From: an uncultured Rivularia sp.
Lineage (GTDB): Bacteria > Cyanobacteriota > Cyanobacteriia > Cyanobacteriales > Nostocaceae
NCBI GenBank assembly: GCA_963665115.1
Contig: OY762007.1
Location: 6,400,001 to 6,464,000 of the forward strand
Direction: 5' to 3'
Length of the DNA stretch: 64,000 bases
This document shows, in pieces, positions 36,701-45,655 of this stretch (the stretch's first letter is position 1; every line of letters starts with the position of its first letter). The notes beneath the pieces are model-generated. The model was not told the DNA's origin, ran no database searches, and saw only the letters and a program-made list of their open reading frames with translations. Both the position numbers and the translations under genes were made by a program.

Positions 36701-39700
36701 AAATCGTAAAATTGACCAAAAAGCTTTACCAATACCAGATGACATAAACCAAATATCAAATAAAACGCCAAGATATATTCCACCACGTACCGTTACTGAG
36801 GAGATAGTAGCTGGTATTTGGGCTGAGGTGTTGAATTTACAACAGGTTAGCATTGACGATAATTTCTTTGAATTGGGAGGACATTCTTTACTCGCAACCC
36901 GCGTCAATTCTCAAGTCAGACAAGCTTTTGCTGTAGAATTACCATTGCGATCGCACTTTGAAAAACCTACTATCACAGAACTTGCGATTTGTATCGAAAC
37001 AGCTACCCGAAAATCAGTAGCACCACCGATTGAACCCGTCCCTCGTGAAGGAAATTTACCTCTATCCTTTGCTCAACAACGACTGTGGTTTTTATGTCAG
37101 TTAGAATCCGATAGTCCCTACTATAATATCCCCGCAGCCGTAAGGTTAACTGGCTCGCTCAATATTGACGCTTTAAAACAAAGTTTAAATGATATTGTAC
37201 GTCGTCACGAAACTCTACGCACGGCGTTTTCAACTGTTGACGGACAACCCACACAGCAAATTCATGCGGTTGATTCGCTACCTTTTTCAATTATTGATTT
37301 AAGTAATATTGATGAATCAACACGGGAAACTAAAATCGAGGGATTAGCGCGAATTGAAGCAATGCAATCCTTTAAACTCGATAGTAGTCCTTTGCTGCGA
37401 GTGAAATTATTACAGTTAAGCGATACAGACCATGTAATTTTACTTACTTTTCATCATATTATTGCCGACGGCTGGTCAATTGGGGTTTTGGTGCGAGAAT
37501 TAGGCATTTTGTATCAAACATATCTTCAAAAACCTAACCCCCCAACCCCCTTCCCTACCAGGGAAGGGGGAGAAGTCAAAGCCTCTCGCCTTGTAGGAGA
37601 GAGGTTTTTTAATTCACTATCACAATTACCAATTCAATATGCCGATTTCGCTGTTTGGCAAAGAGAATGGTTACAAGGGGAAGTATTAGAAAATCAACTG
37701 AATTATTGGCAAGAGCAGTTACAAAGTGCGTCAATCTTGTTAGAATTGCCTACAGATTATCCACGTCCTGCTGTTAGAAGTTTAAGAGGAGATAGCTACA
37801 CTTTTCAAATTTGTCTAGAATTAACCGCAGCCCTGAAACGCTTAAGTCAACAGTCAGGTTGTACTTTATTTATGACGCTGTTAGCAGCTTTTCAAACTTT
37901 ACTTTATCGCTACACGGGTAATGAGGATATAGTTGTTGGAACCAGCATTGCTAATCGTAATTATCCGGAAATTGAAGGGCTAATTGGCTTTTTTGTCAAT
38001 ACTTTGGCATTGCGAACTGATTTATCAGAAAATCCGACTTTTGAGGAATTATTGAATCGGGTACGAGAAGTTTCGTTAGGTGCTTACGCTCATCAAGATT
38101 TACCTTTTGAACAACTTGTAGATAGTTTACAACTCCAACGTTCTTTAAGTTATACTCCATTATTTCAAGTGATGTTCGTGCTGCAAAATGCGCCAATGGA
38201 AGCTTTAGAAATTGAAGGTTTGCATTGGGAACCCCTTGAAAGTAATAGTAGCACTGCAAAGTTTGATTTAACTTTGTCAATGCAGGAAACTTCAGAAGGT
38301 TTGACAGGAGTATTGGAATATAGTTTAGATTTATTTGATTTAGAAACTATTGAGCGAATCGCAGGAAATTATCTAAGTTTATTAACAGCAATTATTGATG
38401 AACCAGAGCAGCAAATATCTGAGTTACCGATTTTAACTACATCGGAACAGCAATTACTTGAGGAATGGAATCAAACCACAATAGAATATCCGCGAGATAA
38501 ATGCGTGCATCAACTATTTGAGGAACAAGTTCAACAAATACCGAATAGTACAGCACTTGTTTGGCAAAATAAAGAATTAAATCAAAAACTTACATATGAT
38601 GAATTAAATATCAGAGTTAATCAACTAGCTCATCATCTCATAGGCTTAGGAGTCAAACCACAAACACCAGTTGGTATTTATATAGAACGTTCCCCAGAAG
38701 CTATTATTGGCATATTAGCAATTCTTAAAGCAGGAGGAATTTATGTTCCTTTAGATCCAGCATATCCCCAAGAACGGTTAACTTTTATGTTGGAAGATGC
38801 TGGGGTAGAATTTTTGATTACAGATTCTAAAACCTCACAAACCTCACCCCCAGCCCCTCTCCTTAACAAGGAGAGGGGAAAAGAATTCACAACCCCTCTC
38901 CTTAATAAGGAGAGGGGTGATAAAGCGCAGCTTTATCGGGGTGAGGTTATTAATCTTGATAAGAATTGGGAAATAATTAATCAAAATAGTGCTAAAAATC
39001 CTATTGAGTTACTAACACCAGAAAACTTAGCGTATATCATGTACACTTCTGGATCAACCGGGATACCAAAAGGGGTTTGTACAACACATCGAGGAATTGT
39101 CCGCTTAGTCAAATCGAGTAATTACGTTAATTTAAGTGCAGAAGAAATTATTTTACAAGCTGCGCCAATTTCCTTCGACGCTTCCACATTTGAAATTTGG
39201 GGTGCTTTACTCAACGGAGGAAAATTAGTTCTTTTACCAACTCAAAAACCTTCATTAAAAGAGTTGGGAGAAACATTAGAAAAATATCATATTTCAACTC
39301 TGTGGTTAACAGCAGGTTTATTTCATCTAATGGTAGATGAACAACCCCAAAGTTTAAAAAGTGTTCGACAATTATTAGCTGGTGGAGATGTCATATCACC
39401 AATTCATGCTCAGAAACTACAGCAAATCCATCCAAACTGTCAGTTAATTAACGGTTATGGTCCTACAGAAAGCACAACATTTGCTTGCTGTTATTCTGTT
39501 CCTAAAAATCACCCAGCAGACAAACCAATACCAATAGGTTATCCAATTTCTAACACCCAAGTTTACATTTTAGATAGTCATTTACAACCCGTTCCTATAG
39601 GTGTCCCCGGTGAATTATATATTAGTGGTGATGGTTTAGCTCGTGGTTATTTGAATCGTGCAGAATTAACCGCAGAAAAATTTATTCCCAACCCGTTTTT

Positions 39701-41822
39701 TGAAGGCAGAAGGCAGAAGGCAGAAGGCAGAACAATGCCCAATGCCCAATGCCCAATGCCTAAATTATATAAAACTGGTGACAAAGTTAGTTATCGGATG
39801 GATGGTGCGATTGAATACCTCGGTCGTTTCGATAATCAAGTTAAAATTCGGGGTTTCCGAGTTGAATTAGGAGAAGTTGAAACTGCTTTATCTCAACATC
39901 CGCAGGTTCAAGAAGTTGTTGTCATTGTACAAAATCAAGACAATATTCAAAGGTTAGTTGCTTATTTTGTACCAGTTGTATGTAGAGACGAGATAGATCG
40001 CGTCTCTTCTAATAATTTAGGAAGTTTTTTAAGCGATAAACTCCCAGAATACCTCATTCCTTCCATCTTTATATCTCTCCCAGAATTACCTCTTACAGCT
40101 AACGGAAAAGTAAATCGTCGCGCTCTTCCTAATCCAGATATTATCACCTCAGAAGATGAATTTGTAACTCCCACAACTCCAATTGAAACAGCACTCGCAC
40201 AAATTTGGGTGGATATTTTGCGACTTGAAAAAGTAGGAATTAACGACAACTTCTTTGAATTAGGGGGAGATTCAATTTTAGCAATTCAAATTATTAGTCG
40301 CGCTAATCAAGCGGGAATTCAAATTACACCAAAACAGTTATTTCAACATCAAACTATCGCTGAACTAACAACTATCGCAACTCAAACCCCGTTAATAAAA
40401 GCCGAACAAGGAATTATTACAGGTTTTGTTCCCCTTACACCGATTCAACATTGGTTCTTTGAACAGCAAAAATCAAATCCTCATCACTTCAATCAAGCTG
40501 TTTTACTCAAAGTTAAAACCAAGCTCAATTTAAACTGGTTAGAACAAGCATTGCAAGAATTATTATTACATCATGATGCATTTCGACTGCGATTTGAGCA
40601 AACCGAATCTGGTTGGAAACAGTTTCATACCGAACCATTACCAGAAGTTCCTTTTACCTGTTTTGACCTTTCTAAACTCACAGATTCACAGCAACAAAAT
40701 GCAATTACAAATGTCGCCAATCAAATCCAGAAAAGTCTCAATTTTTCAACAGGTTCAGTAATACGAGTTGCATTATTTAACTTAGGTGAAAATCAAGCAA
40801 GTCGCTTACTATTTGTAATTCACCATTTAGTAATTGACGGCGTTTCTTGGCGAATATTATTATCAGACTTACAAACCGGATACGAACAACTAAGTCAAGC
40901 AAAAGCAATTCAACTCCCATTGAAAACCACTTCATTTAAACAATGGGCAGAACATTTGCAGACATATGCAAATGACCTCTCCCTAACCCTCTCCTACAAT
41001 GAGAGGGAACAAGATTCAAAGTCTCTCGACCATGCCGAGAGAGATTTCCCCAACACAATTGCTACCAACGAACAAATAGAAATTGTACTTTCCTCAGAAC
41101 ACACCCAAGCATTATTAAAAGAAGTTCCGACAACATATAACACCCAAATTAACGACATATTACTAACAGCTTTAGTTAAAACATTTGCTCAATTGACAGG
41201 CAAATCATCACTTTTAATTGATTTAGAAGGACATGGAAGAAGCGAATTATTTGAGAACCTTAACTTATCCCGCACAATTGGTTGGTTCACAAATATAGTC
41301 CCAGTCAACTTAGATTTAGGAGAATTAGCAGATATTAATAATCTAGAAGAAGCAATCAAATGCATCAAAGAACAATTACGTATACCTAACAATGGTATAG
41401 ATTATAGTGTATGGCGATATCTTAAAGAAAATAAAAACCAGAATTTTGAATTAACAAAACCTGAAATTAGCTTTAACTATCTAGGACAATTCGACTCGAT
41501 GTTAGCAACATCAAACGTATTTGAATTAGCACAAGAATCACTCGGCTTAACCCAAGATATCAACTCAGAAAGACCATATATACTAGAAATTAACGGTTCA
41601 ATAATTGAAAAAAAACTTAAATTTACTTGGACTTATAATAAGCATTTTTACGATAAATCGCTAATAGATAATTTAGGCGAAAAATATCTAGAAACACTAA
41701 TAAAATTAATCGAACATTGTCAATCTCCTGAAGCTAGTGGTTACACACCCTCAGATTTTTCTTTAGCAGAAATTGAGCAAAATCAATTAGATGATATTTT
41801 AGCGAGAGTTGATTTTGAGTGA
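33759..41822 (+). CDS. NRPS 2: C(DCL) - A(Gly) - PCP - C - A(Val-like) - PCP - E - COM donor; no thioesterase
   Basis: N-terminus IDLYELSPMQQGMLFH (post-epimerase C); HHLLMDG; A1 code about DILQLGLIWK (Gly); PCP GGHSL; C HHIIADG; A2 code about DAFWLGGTFK (Val-like); PCP GGDSI; E HHLVIDGVSW; C-terminal GYTPSDFSLAEIEQNQLDDIL. Confidence 0.94.
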   Translation: MDNIIDLYELSPMQQGMLFHSLYSPESGIYFEQRNCKLKGNLNISAFKTAWQKVIERHTILRTAFYWEEVEKPLQVVHKQVDLSWIEENWQDFIINQQNDKLEEFLQADRQQGFDLNQPPLMRCALLQIQTSEYYFVWSHHHLLMDGWCNGILLKEVFSFYQAAISGKSLFLPHPRPYRDYIQWLQQQDIALSKKFWRDKLKGFIAPTPLIKDSRTVTYQQDIVSEQQIQLPIKLTTDLQNLAQENRLTLNTISQGIWAILLSRYSGENDIVFGATVSGRPPNLPGVESIVGLFINTLPVRVNLSGDKELLPWLQQLQTQQIEQESFSYSSLIDIKQWSDVLPGVGLFESLVIFENYPVSIDAVLQGWSDDLQITQAKGFERTNYPLSLTVIPGAELSLRINYDSNRFESATITRMLGHLETLLQGIVTNPQQKPWELPLLTAIEKQQLLVDWNDTNCDYSNLCIHQLFAAQAEKTPDKIAVIFESQQLTYKELNQKANQLAHYLKSVGVEEETRVGICLERSEKMLVGLLGILKAGGTYIPLDPAFPEERLTFMLEDSGVNFLITDSRISPLTPLLVKEKGKESETPLLDKERGDKAVLYRGEVINIDNDWELIEKQSSGNLAIQTTPEDLAYIIYTSGSTGKPKGVQIMHKSLVNCLESMQQKPGITSNDVLLSVTTLSFDIAGLELYLPLITGAILIIASRETATDGIRLAQSIETNQATIMQATPATWRLLLTAGWKGNRQLKVLCGGEALDINVAEELLKRSKEVWNLYGPTEATIWSSVTECRDVKFNVSQNVPTSVPIGKPVNNTQFYVLNDYLQPVPIGVPGELYIGGTGLAKGYLNKPELTAQKFIPNPFSYSTPSSLSTPSSPSNLYKTGDSVRYLPDGNLEYLGRIDYQVKLRGFRIELGEIEAVLIQHSLVKQAVVTLYKNQDDEKLIAYVVPSSEISQTELRQFLQGKLPAYMIPSSYIMLEEFPLTPNRKIDQKALPIPDDINQISNKTPRYIPPRTVTEEIVAGIWAEVLNLQQVSIDDNFFELGGHSLLATRVNSQVRQAFAVELPLRSHFEKPTITELAICIETATRKSVAPPIEPVPREGNLPLSFAQQRLWFLCQLESDSPYYNIPAAVRLTGSLNIDALKQSLNDIVRRHETLRTAFSTVDGQPTQQIHAVDSLPFSIIDLSNIDESTRETKIEGLARIEAMQSFKLDSSPLLRVKLLQLSDTDHVILLTFHHIIADGWSIGVLVRELGILYQTYLQKPNPPTPFPTREGGEVKASRLVGERFFNSLSQLPIQYADFAVWQREWLQGEVLENQLNYWQEQLQSASILLELPTDYPRPAVRSLRGDSYTFQICLELTAALKRLSQQSGCTLFMTLLAAFQTLLYRYTGNEDIVVGTSIANRNYPEIEGLIGFFVNTLALRTDLSENPTFEELLNRVREVSLGAYAHQDLPFEQLVDSLQLQRSLSYTPLFQVMFVLQNAPMEALEIEGLHWEPLESNSSTAKFDLTLSMQETSEGLTGVLEYSLDLFDLETIERIAGNYLSLLTAIIDEPEQQISELPILTTSEQQLLEEWNQTTIEYPRDKCVHQLFEEQVQQIPNSTALVWQNKELNQKLTYDELNIRVNQLAHHLIGLGVKPQTPVGIYIERSPEAIIGILAILKAGGIYVPLDPAYPQERLTFMLEDAGVEFLITDSKTSQTSPPAPLLNKERGKEFTTPLLNKERGDKAQLYRGEVINLDKNWEIINQNSAKNPIELLTPENLAYIMYTSGSTGIPKGVCTTHRGIVRLVKSSNYVNLSAEEIILQAAPISFDASTFEIWGALLNGGKLVLLPTQKPSLKELGETLEKYHISTLWLTAGLFHLMVDEQPQSLKSVRQLLAGGDVISPIHAQKLQQIHPNCQLINGYGPTESTTFACCYSVPKNHPADKPIPIGYPISNTQVYILDSHLQPVPIGVPGELYISGDGLARGYLNRAELTAEKFIPNPFFEGRRQKAEGRTMPNAQCPMPKLYKTGDKVSYRMDGAIEYLGRFDNQVKIRGFRVELGEVETALSQHPQVQEVVVIVQNQDNIQRLVAYFVPVVCRDEIDRVSSNNLGSFLSDKLPEYLIPSIFISLPELPLTANGKVNRRALPNPDIITSEDEFVTPTTPIETALAQIWVDILRLEKVGINDNFFELGGDSILAIQIISRANQAGIQITPKQLFQHQTIAELTTIATQTPLIKAEQGIITGFVPLTPIQHWFFEQQKSNPHHFNQAVLLKVKTKLNLNWLEQALQELLLHHDAFRLRFEQTESGWKQFHTEPLPEVPFTCFDLSKLTDSQQQNAITNVANQIQKSLNFSTGSVIRVALFNLGENQASRLLFVIHHLVIDGVSWRILLSDLQTGYEQLSQAKAIQLPLKTTSFKQWAEHLQTYANDLSLTLSYNEREQDSKSLDHAERDFPNTIATNEQIEIVLSSEHTQALLKEVPTTYNTQINDILLTALVKTFAQLTGKSSLLIDLEGHGRSELFENLNLSRTIGWFTNIVPVNLDLGELADINNLEEAIKCIKEQLRIPNNGIDYSVWRYLKENKNQNFELTKPEISFNYLGQFDSMLATSNVFELAQESLGLTQDINSERPYILEINGSIIEKKLKFTWTYNKHFYDKSLIDNLGEKYLETLIKLIEHCQSPEASGYTPSDFSLAEIEQNQLDDILARVDFE

Positions 41823-42059
41823 ATATTGGATTTAATTGTAGGGTGCTTTACCCATGAGTATATCCTACCGGATACACTCCGTTAACGCACTACCTACCAC
41901 CTGTTTTGTAATTGCTTGCTTAATGATAAAATTCTTGTATAAGTACTGTACGTATATTAATCAAAGTGCCGTAAAATCTCTTCTTTATAGACTCAGTAGA
42001 GTAATTGATTTTTAGCAGACTTAATCCCCAACAGGTAATCAAGTCACGTAAAATAACCT

Positions 42060-43742
42060 ATGAATAATCACCGTCAGCTATGGGGAAAATTCTGGAAGGT
42101 GAGTAAACCTTATTGGTTTTCTCAAGAAAAACCAGGTGCTATAGCTTTATTGTCACTTCTAATACTTCTTTCGATTAGCAGCAGTAGTTTTTTAGTAATA
42201 GAAACCATACAAAGAGGAGAGTTGGTTTCATCTTTAGCAGCTAAGGATTCCGATAGATTTTTAAGAACAATGCTGCTGCTATTTGGTATCATTATTGCGA
42301 CGATTCCGTTAATTTCGTTTAAAACTTACGTTCAAGGTAAATTAAGTCTACATTGGCGTAGATGGTTAACTCATAGTTTTTTGCATCGCTATTTTGATAA
42401 GCTCAATTTTTATCGGCTCAATTTTTCTGAGTCAATAGATAATCCAGATCAGCGTATTGCGGAAGATATTAATAGTTTTACCCAACAGTCTTTATTTTTA
42501 TTAACTATTTTATCTGATTCGATTTTACAGTTAATTTTGTTTAGTGGTGTTTTATGGGCAACTTCGCCAATTTTAATGCTTGTTTTGATTATTTATGCTG
42601 TGGGAGGAACCCTGATTACAACTTTAGTCTTTGGACGTAAATTAGTAGCTATAAATTTTAAACAACTCAAACGAGAAGCTGATTTTCGTTTTGGTTTAAT
42701 TCGGGTACGAGATAATGCTGAATCAATTGCTTTTTATCGCGGACAAAATCAAGAATTTAGTCGAGTTAAGCAGCGCTTTGTGAATGCGTTTCAAAATTTC
42801 AATAATTTAATTCGCTGGCAATTTGGCTTAACTATATTTCAGAATGGCTATCAATATATTAACTTTGTCTTGCCATTTATAATTCTTGCACCGCGAATTT
42901 TTACCGGAGATTTAGAGATTGGAGCAGTAACGCGATCGCAAGCAGCTTTTGAGAGGATTGGTTTTGCTCTAGGCTTGATCATAAATCAGTTTGAGAAGTT
43001 GAGCGCTTTGAGTGCAGCAGTCGATCGGTTGTCAACTTTATCTGAGTTTGCACAAAGCAATGAATCTTTACCGGAGCCAGTAAATACTAATATTCTCATT
43101 CGAGAAAGTCCCGATTTAGATATCAATCATCTTACCGTTCAAATTCCTGAAACCAGTAAAACTGTAGTAAAGGATTTATCAGTTAGCGTTAATAGAGGTG
43201 AATCTTTACTAATTATGGGTGATAGTGGGGTTGGTAAAAGTTCATTACTACGTGCCATCGCAGGATTATGGAATTTTGGTAGTGGAAATATTCATCGACC
43301 AAAACCAGAAGATATATTATTTTTGCCACAAAAACCTTACATGATTTTAGGTTCTTTACGCCAGCAACTTTTATATCCTTATTTACACAAACAAATTAGC
43401 GAACCAGAACTAATCGAAGCTTTAAATATAGTTAATCTATCAAAAATAGCAACTAAATATCAAGATTTGGATACGATTGAAGACTGGTCGCAACTACTTT
43501 CTATTGGAGAACAACAGCGTTTAGCTTTTGCTCGCTTACTGCTGACAAAACCCAATTATGCAATCTTAGATGAAGCCACAAGCGCCTTAGATGAAACAAA
43601 CGAAGAGCAGCTTTATCAACAACTTCAAAAAACAGGAATCGCCTATATTAGCGTCGGTCATAATCCTCAATTATTAAAATATCATCAACAAGTACTAGAA
43701 ATAAAAAATCAACAACAATGGAATTTATATCCAAGTAAATAA
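42060..43742 (+). CDS. ABC half-transporter (fused permease-ATPase, ABCD/YddA/McyH-like)
   Basis: [14 protein letters not shown]-like RDNAESIAFYRG, Walker A GDSGVGKS, signature LSIGEQQR, Walker B ILDEATSALD. Confidence 0.93.
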   Translation: MNNHRQLWGKFWKVSKPYWFSQEKPGAIALLSLLILLSISSSSFLVIETIQRGELVSSLAAKDSDRFLRTMLLLFGIIIATIPLISFKTYVQGKLSLHWRRWLTHSFLHRYFDKLNFYRLNFSESIDNPDQRIAEDINSFTQQSLFLLTILSDSILQLILFSGVLWATSPILMLVLIIYAVGGTLITTLVFGRKLVAINFKQLKREADFRFGLIRVRDNAESIAFYRGQNQEFSRVKQRFVNAFQNFNNLIRWQFGLTIFQNGYQYINFVLPFIILAPRIFTGDLEIGAVTRSQAAFERIGFALGLIINQFEKLSALSAAVDRLSTLSEFAQSNESLPEPVNTNILIRESPDLDINHLTVQIPETSKTVVKDLSVSVNRGESLLIMGDSGVGKSSLLRAIAGLWNFGSGNIHRPKPEDILFLPQKPYMILGSLRQQLLYPYLHKQISEPELIEALNIVNLSKIATKYQDLDTIEDWSQLLSIGEQQRLAFARLLLTKPNYAILDEATSALDETNEEQLYQQLQKTGIAYISVGHNPQLLKYHQQVLEIKNQQQWNLYPSK

Positions 43743-43877
43743 AATATTTAGGGAATAGGGAATAGGGAACAGGGAATAGACAACAAGGGATTATCACAAT
43801 AAACTACTCCTATCTCTCTTATTTTCTTCCTCTGCGCCCTCAGCGTCTCTGCGGTTTTTTTCTCAGTAATCTTACTC

Positions 43878-45572
43878 ATGAACAATAAATTCGACATTAA
43901 ACTCCTACAGCAATTTTGGAAAGTAGCAAAACCTTACTGGCTTTCTTCCGAAAAATGGGGAGCTATAACTCTTTTAATCTTATTAATTATCCTATCAATA
44001 ATTAGCACGGCATTACTATTAATAGTTAGTATTTTCCTAGGAGAAGTAACCACATCCTTAGCACAACAAAATCAAGAAGTTTTTATCCAATCCGTAACAA
44101 TTTTTATTGGGATAATAGTAATTGGCGTACTTTTACTATCTTTAAAAAGCTACATCCAAGCTAAACTTTCGCTTTACTGGCGACGCTGGTTAACCTATCA
44201 TTTTCTTAATAAATATTTTGACCGTCAAACGTTTTATCGCTTTAGTTTTAATCCCGAAATAGACAATCCCGACCAACGTATAGCTGAAGATATAAAAACT
44301 TTTACCCTTCAAGCAGTCAACTTTTTAATTATTCTTCTTGATTCAGTACTACAACTAATTGGTTTTGTGGGAATTTTATGGGTAACATCAATACCATTAA
44401 CGCTATTTTTAGTTGGCTATGCTGTTTTCGGAACCGTAATTACAACTATTTTATTTGGTCGAATTTTGATTCAAATTAATTACGAGCAACTTAAATATCA
44501 AGCAGATTTTCGCTACAGCTTAACTCGCGTTCGGGAAAATGCCGAAGCTATTGCTTTTTATCGAGGAGAAAATTCCGAATCGAATCAAATTCAGTCGCGT
44601 TTTGGGTTAGTTTTAACCAACTTTAATCGGTTAGTTAATTGGCAATTGAGATTAAATTTATTTCAAAATAGCTATCAATATATTACCTTTCTTTTACCAG
44701 CCGTTATTCTTGCTCCCCGTATTCTTTCTGGAGAATTAGAAGTAGGAGCATTTGCTAAAGCTGGTGCAGCTTTTAGAAGTATTTTGTTGGCTTTAACTTT
44801 AATTGTGACGCAGTTTGAAGAATTAAGTAACTTTGCAGCAGGAATTAACCGCTTAGAAAGCTATGCAAAATTTGCACGTACCGCACATAAAATTCCTCCA
44901 GAAGCATCAATTATTGATTTTAGAGAAGATAACTTTTTATCTACCCGTAATTTAACTTTGTATACTCCAGACTATCAAACCAGTTTAGTAAAAGATTTAT
45001 CTCTCACCGTTAATAGGGGTGAATCATTATTAATTGTCGGTGCTAGCGGTGTAGGAAAAAGTTCTTTGCTTAGAGCTATGGCTGGTTTATGGTATTGTGG
45101 AGATGGTTCTATTATCCTTCCTCCTCAAGAAACAATACTATTTTTACCCCAACGTCCCTACATAATTTTAGGTTCTCTACGCGAACAACTTTTGTATCCC
45201 CACCAGCAAGAATTTACAGACGAACAATTATTACAAATGCTAGAAAAAGTGAACTTACCTTTAATTGGTAATAAAATTAGTAGTTTGGATACAATCGTAG
45301 AATTTAATAAAATACTTTCAATGGGAGAACAACAACGTCTTGCTTTTGCTCGGTTACTGCTTGCTCAACCACAATATGCTGTTTTAGATGAAGCTACTAG
45401 TTCCCTAGATGTTAGAAATGAAAAATTACTTTACAGTCAATTACAGCAAACCGATATTACTTACATCAGCGTTGGTCATCGTTCTACTTTGGTAGACTAT
45501 CATGACTCAGTTTTACGAATTAACAATGACCGCAGTTATAATTTAATGTCGAAACAACAATATAGCCATTAA
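43878..45572 (+). CDS. Second ABC half-transporter, paralogue of the preceding gene
   Basis: [49 protein letters not shown]. Confidence 0.93.
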   Translation: MNNKFDIKLLQQFWKVAKPYWLSSEKWGAITLLILLIILSIISTALLLIVSIFLGEVTTSLAQQNQEVFIQSVTIFIGIIVIGVLLLSLKSYIQAKLSLYWRRWLTYHFLNKYFDRQTFYRFSFNPEIDNPDQRIAEDIKTFTLQAVNFLIILLDSVLQLIGFVGILWVTSIPLTLFLVGYAVFGTVITTILFGRILIQINYEQLKYQADFRYSLTRVRENAEAIAFYRGENSESNQIQSRFGLVLTNFNRLVNWQLRLNLFQNSYQYITFLLPAVILAPRILSGELEVGAFAKAGAAFRSILLALTLIVTQFEELSNFAAGINRLESYAKFARTAHKIPPEASIIDFREDNFLSTRNLTLYTPDYQTSLVKDLSLTVNRGESLLIVGASGVGKSSLLRAMAGLWYCGDGSIILPPQETILFLPQRPYIILGSLREQLLYPHQQEFTDEQLLQMLEKVNLPLIGNKISSLDTIVEFNKILSMGEQQRLAFARLLLAQPQYAVLDEATSSLDVRNEKLLYSQLQQTDITYISVGHRSTLVDYHDSVLRINNDRSYNLMSKQQYSH

Positions 45573-45655
45573 AATTATAAAGACGTAGCAATGCTACGTC
45601 TCTACATTATTTGGTGGTGAAAAAGGTAGATGCATAAATAATCAAACTGATTCAA

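Larger units (their letters stand above)
4923..38948. repeat. Dispersed palindromic family A (AACCTCACCCC...CCCTCTCCTT-NN(N)-AAGGAGAGGG...GGGGTGAGGTT), 9 copies, all inside PKS/NRPS CDSs
   Basis: Copies at 4923-5081, 7538-7648, 10703-10741 (partial), 12338-12407, 19970-20087, 22724-22825, 31159-31221, 35465-35573, 38840-38948. They encode TSPPTPLLIKERG or HPSPYQGEG-type peptides. Confidence 0.92.
24272..41046. repeat. Dispersed palindromic family B (AACCTAACCCCCCAACCCCCTTCCCT...AGGGAAGGGG...), intragenic
   Basis: Copies at ~24272-24370, 30380-30457, 37531-37607, a degenerate one at 40975-41046 and a remnant at 2971-2994. Peptides NLTPQPPSL.GKGE and KPNPPTPFPTREGG. Confidence 0.85.

Noticed and set aside
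3437..41392. Many 60-120-aa ORFs overlapping the PKS/NRPS genes
   Set aside because: They are antisense or alternate-frame shadows with no recognisable motifs; several merely translate the palindromic repeats.
1884..41822. Assigning the cluster to a known product (cyanochelin, anachelin, puwainaphycin/minutissamide, microcystin, heterocyst glycolipid)
   Set aside because: Diagnostic parts are not seen in the window: Asp beta-hydroxylase, salicylate/Cy domains, aminotransferase domain, Adda modules, PfaA-type multi-ACP. No name can be supported without a database search.
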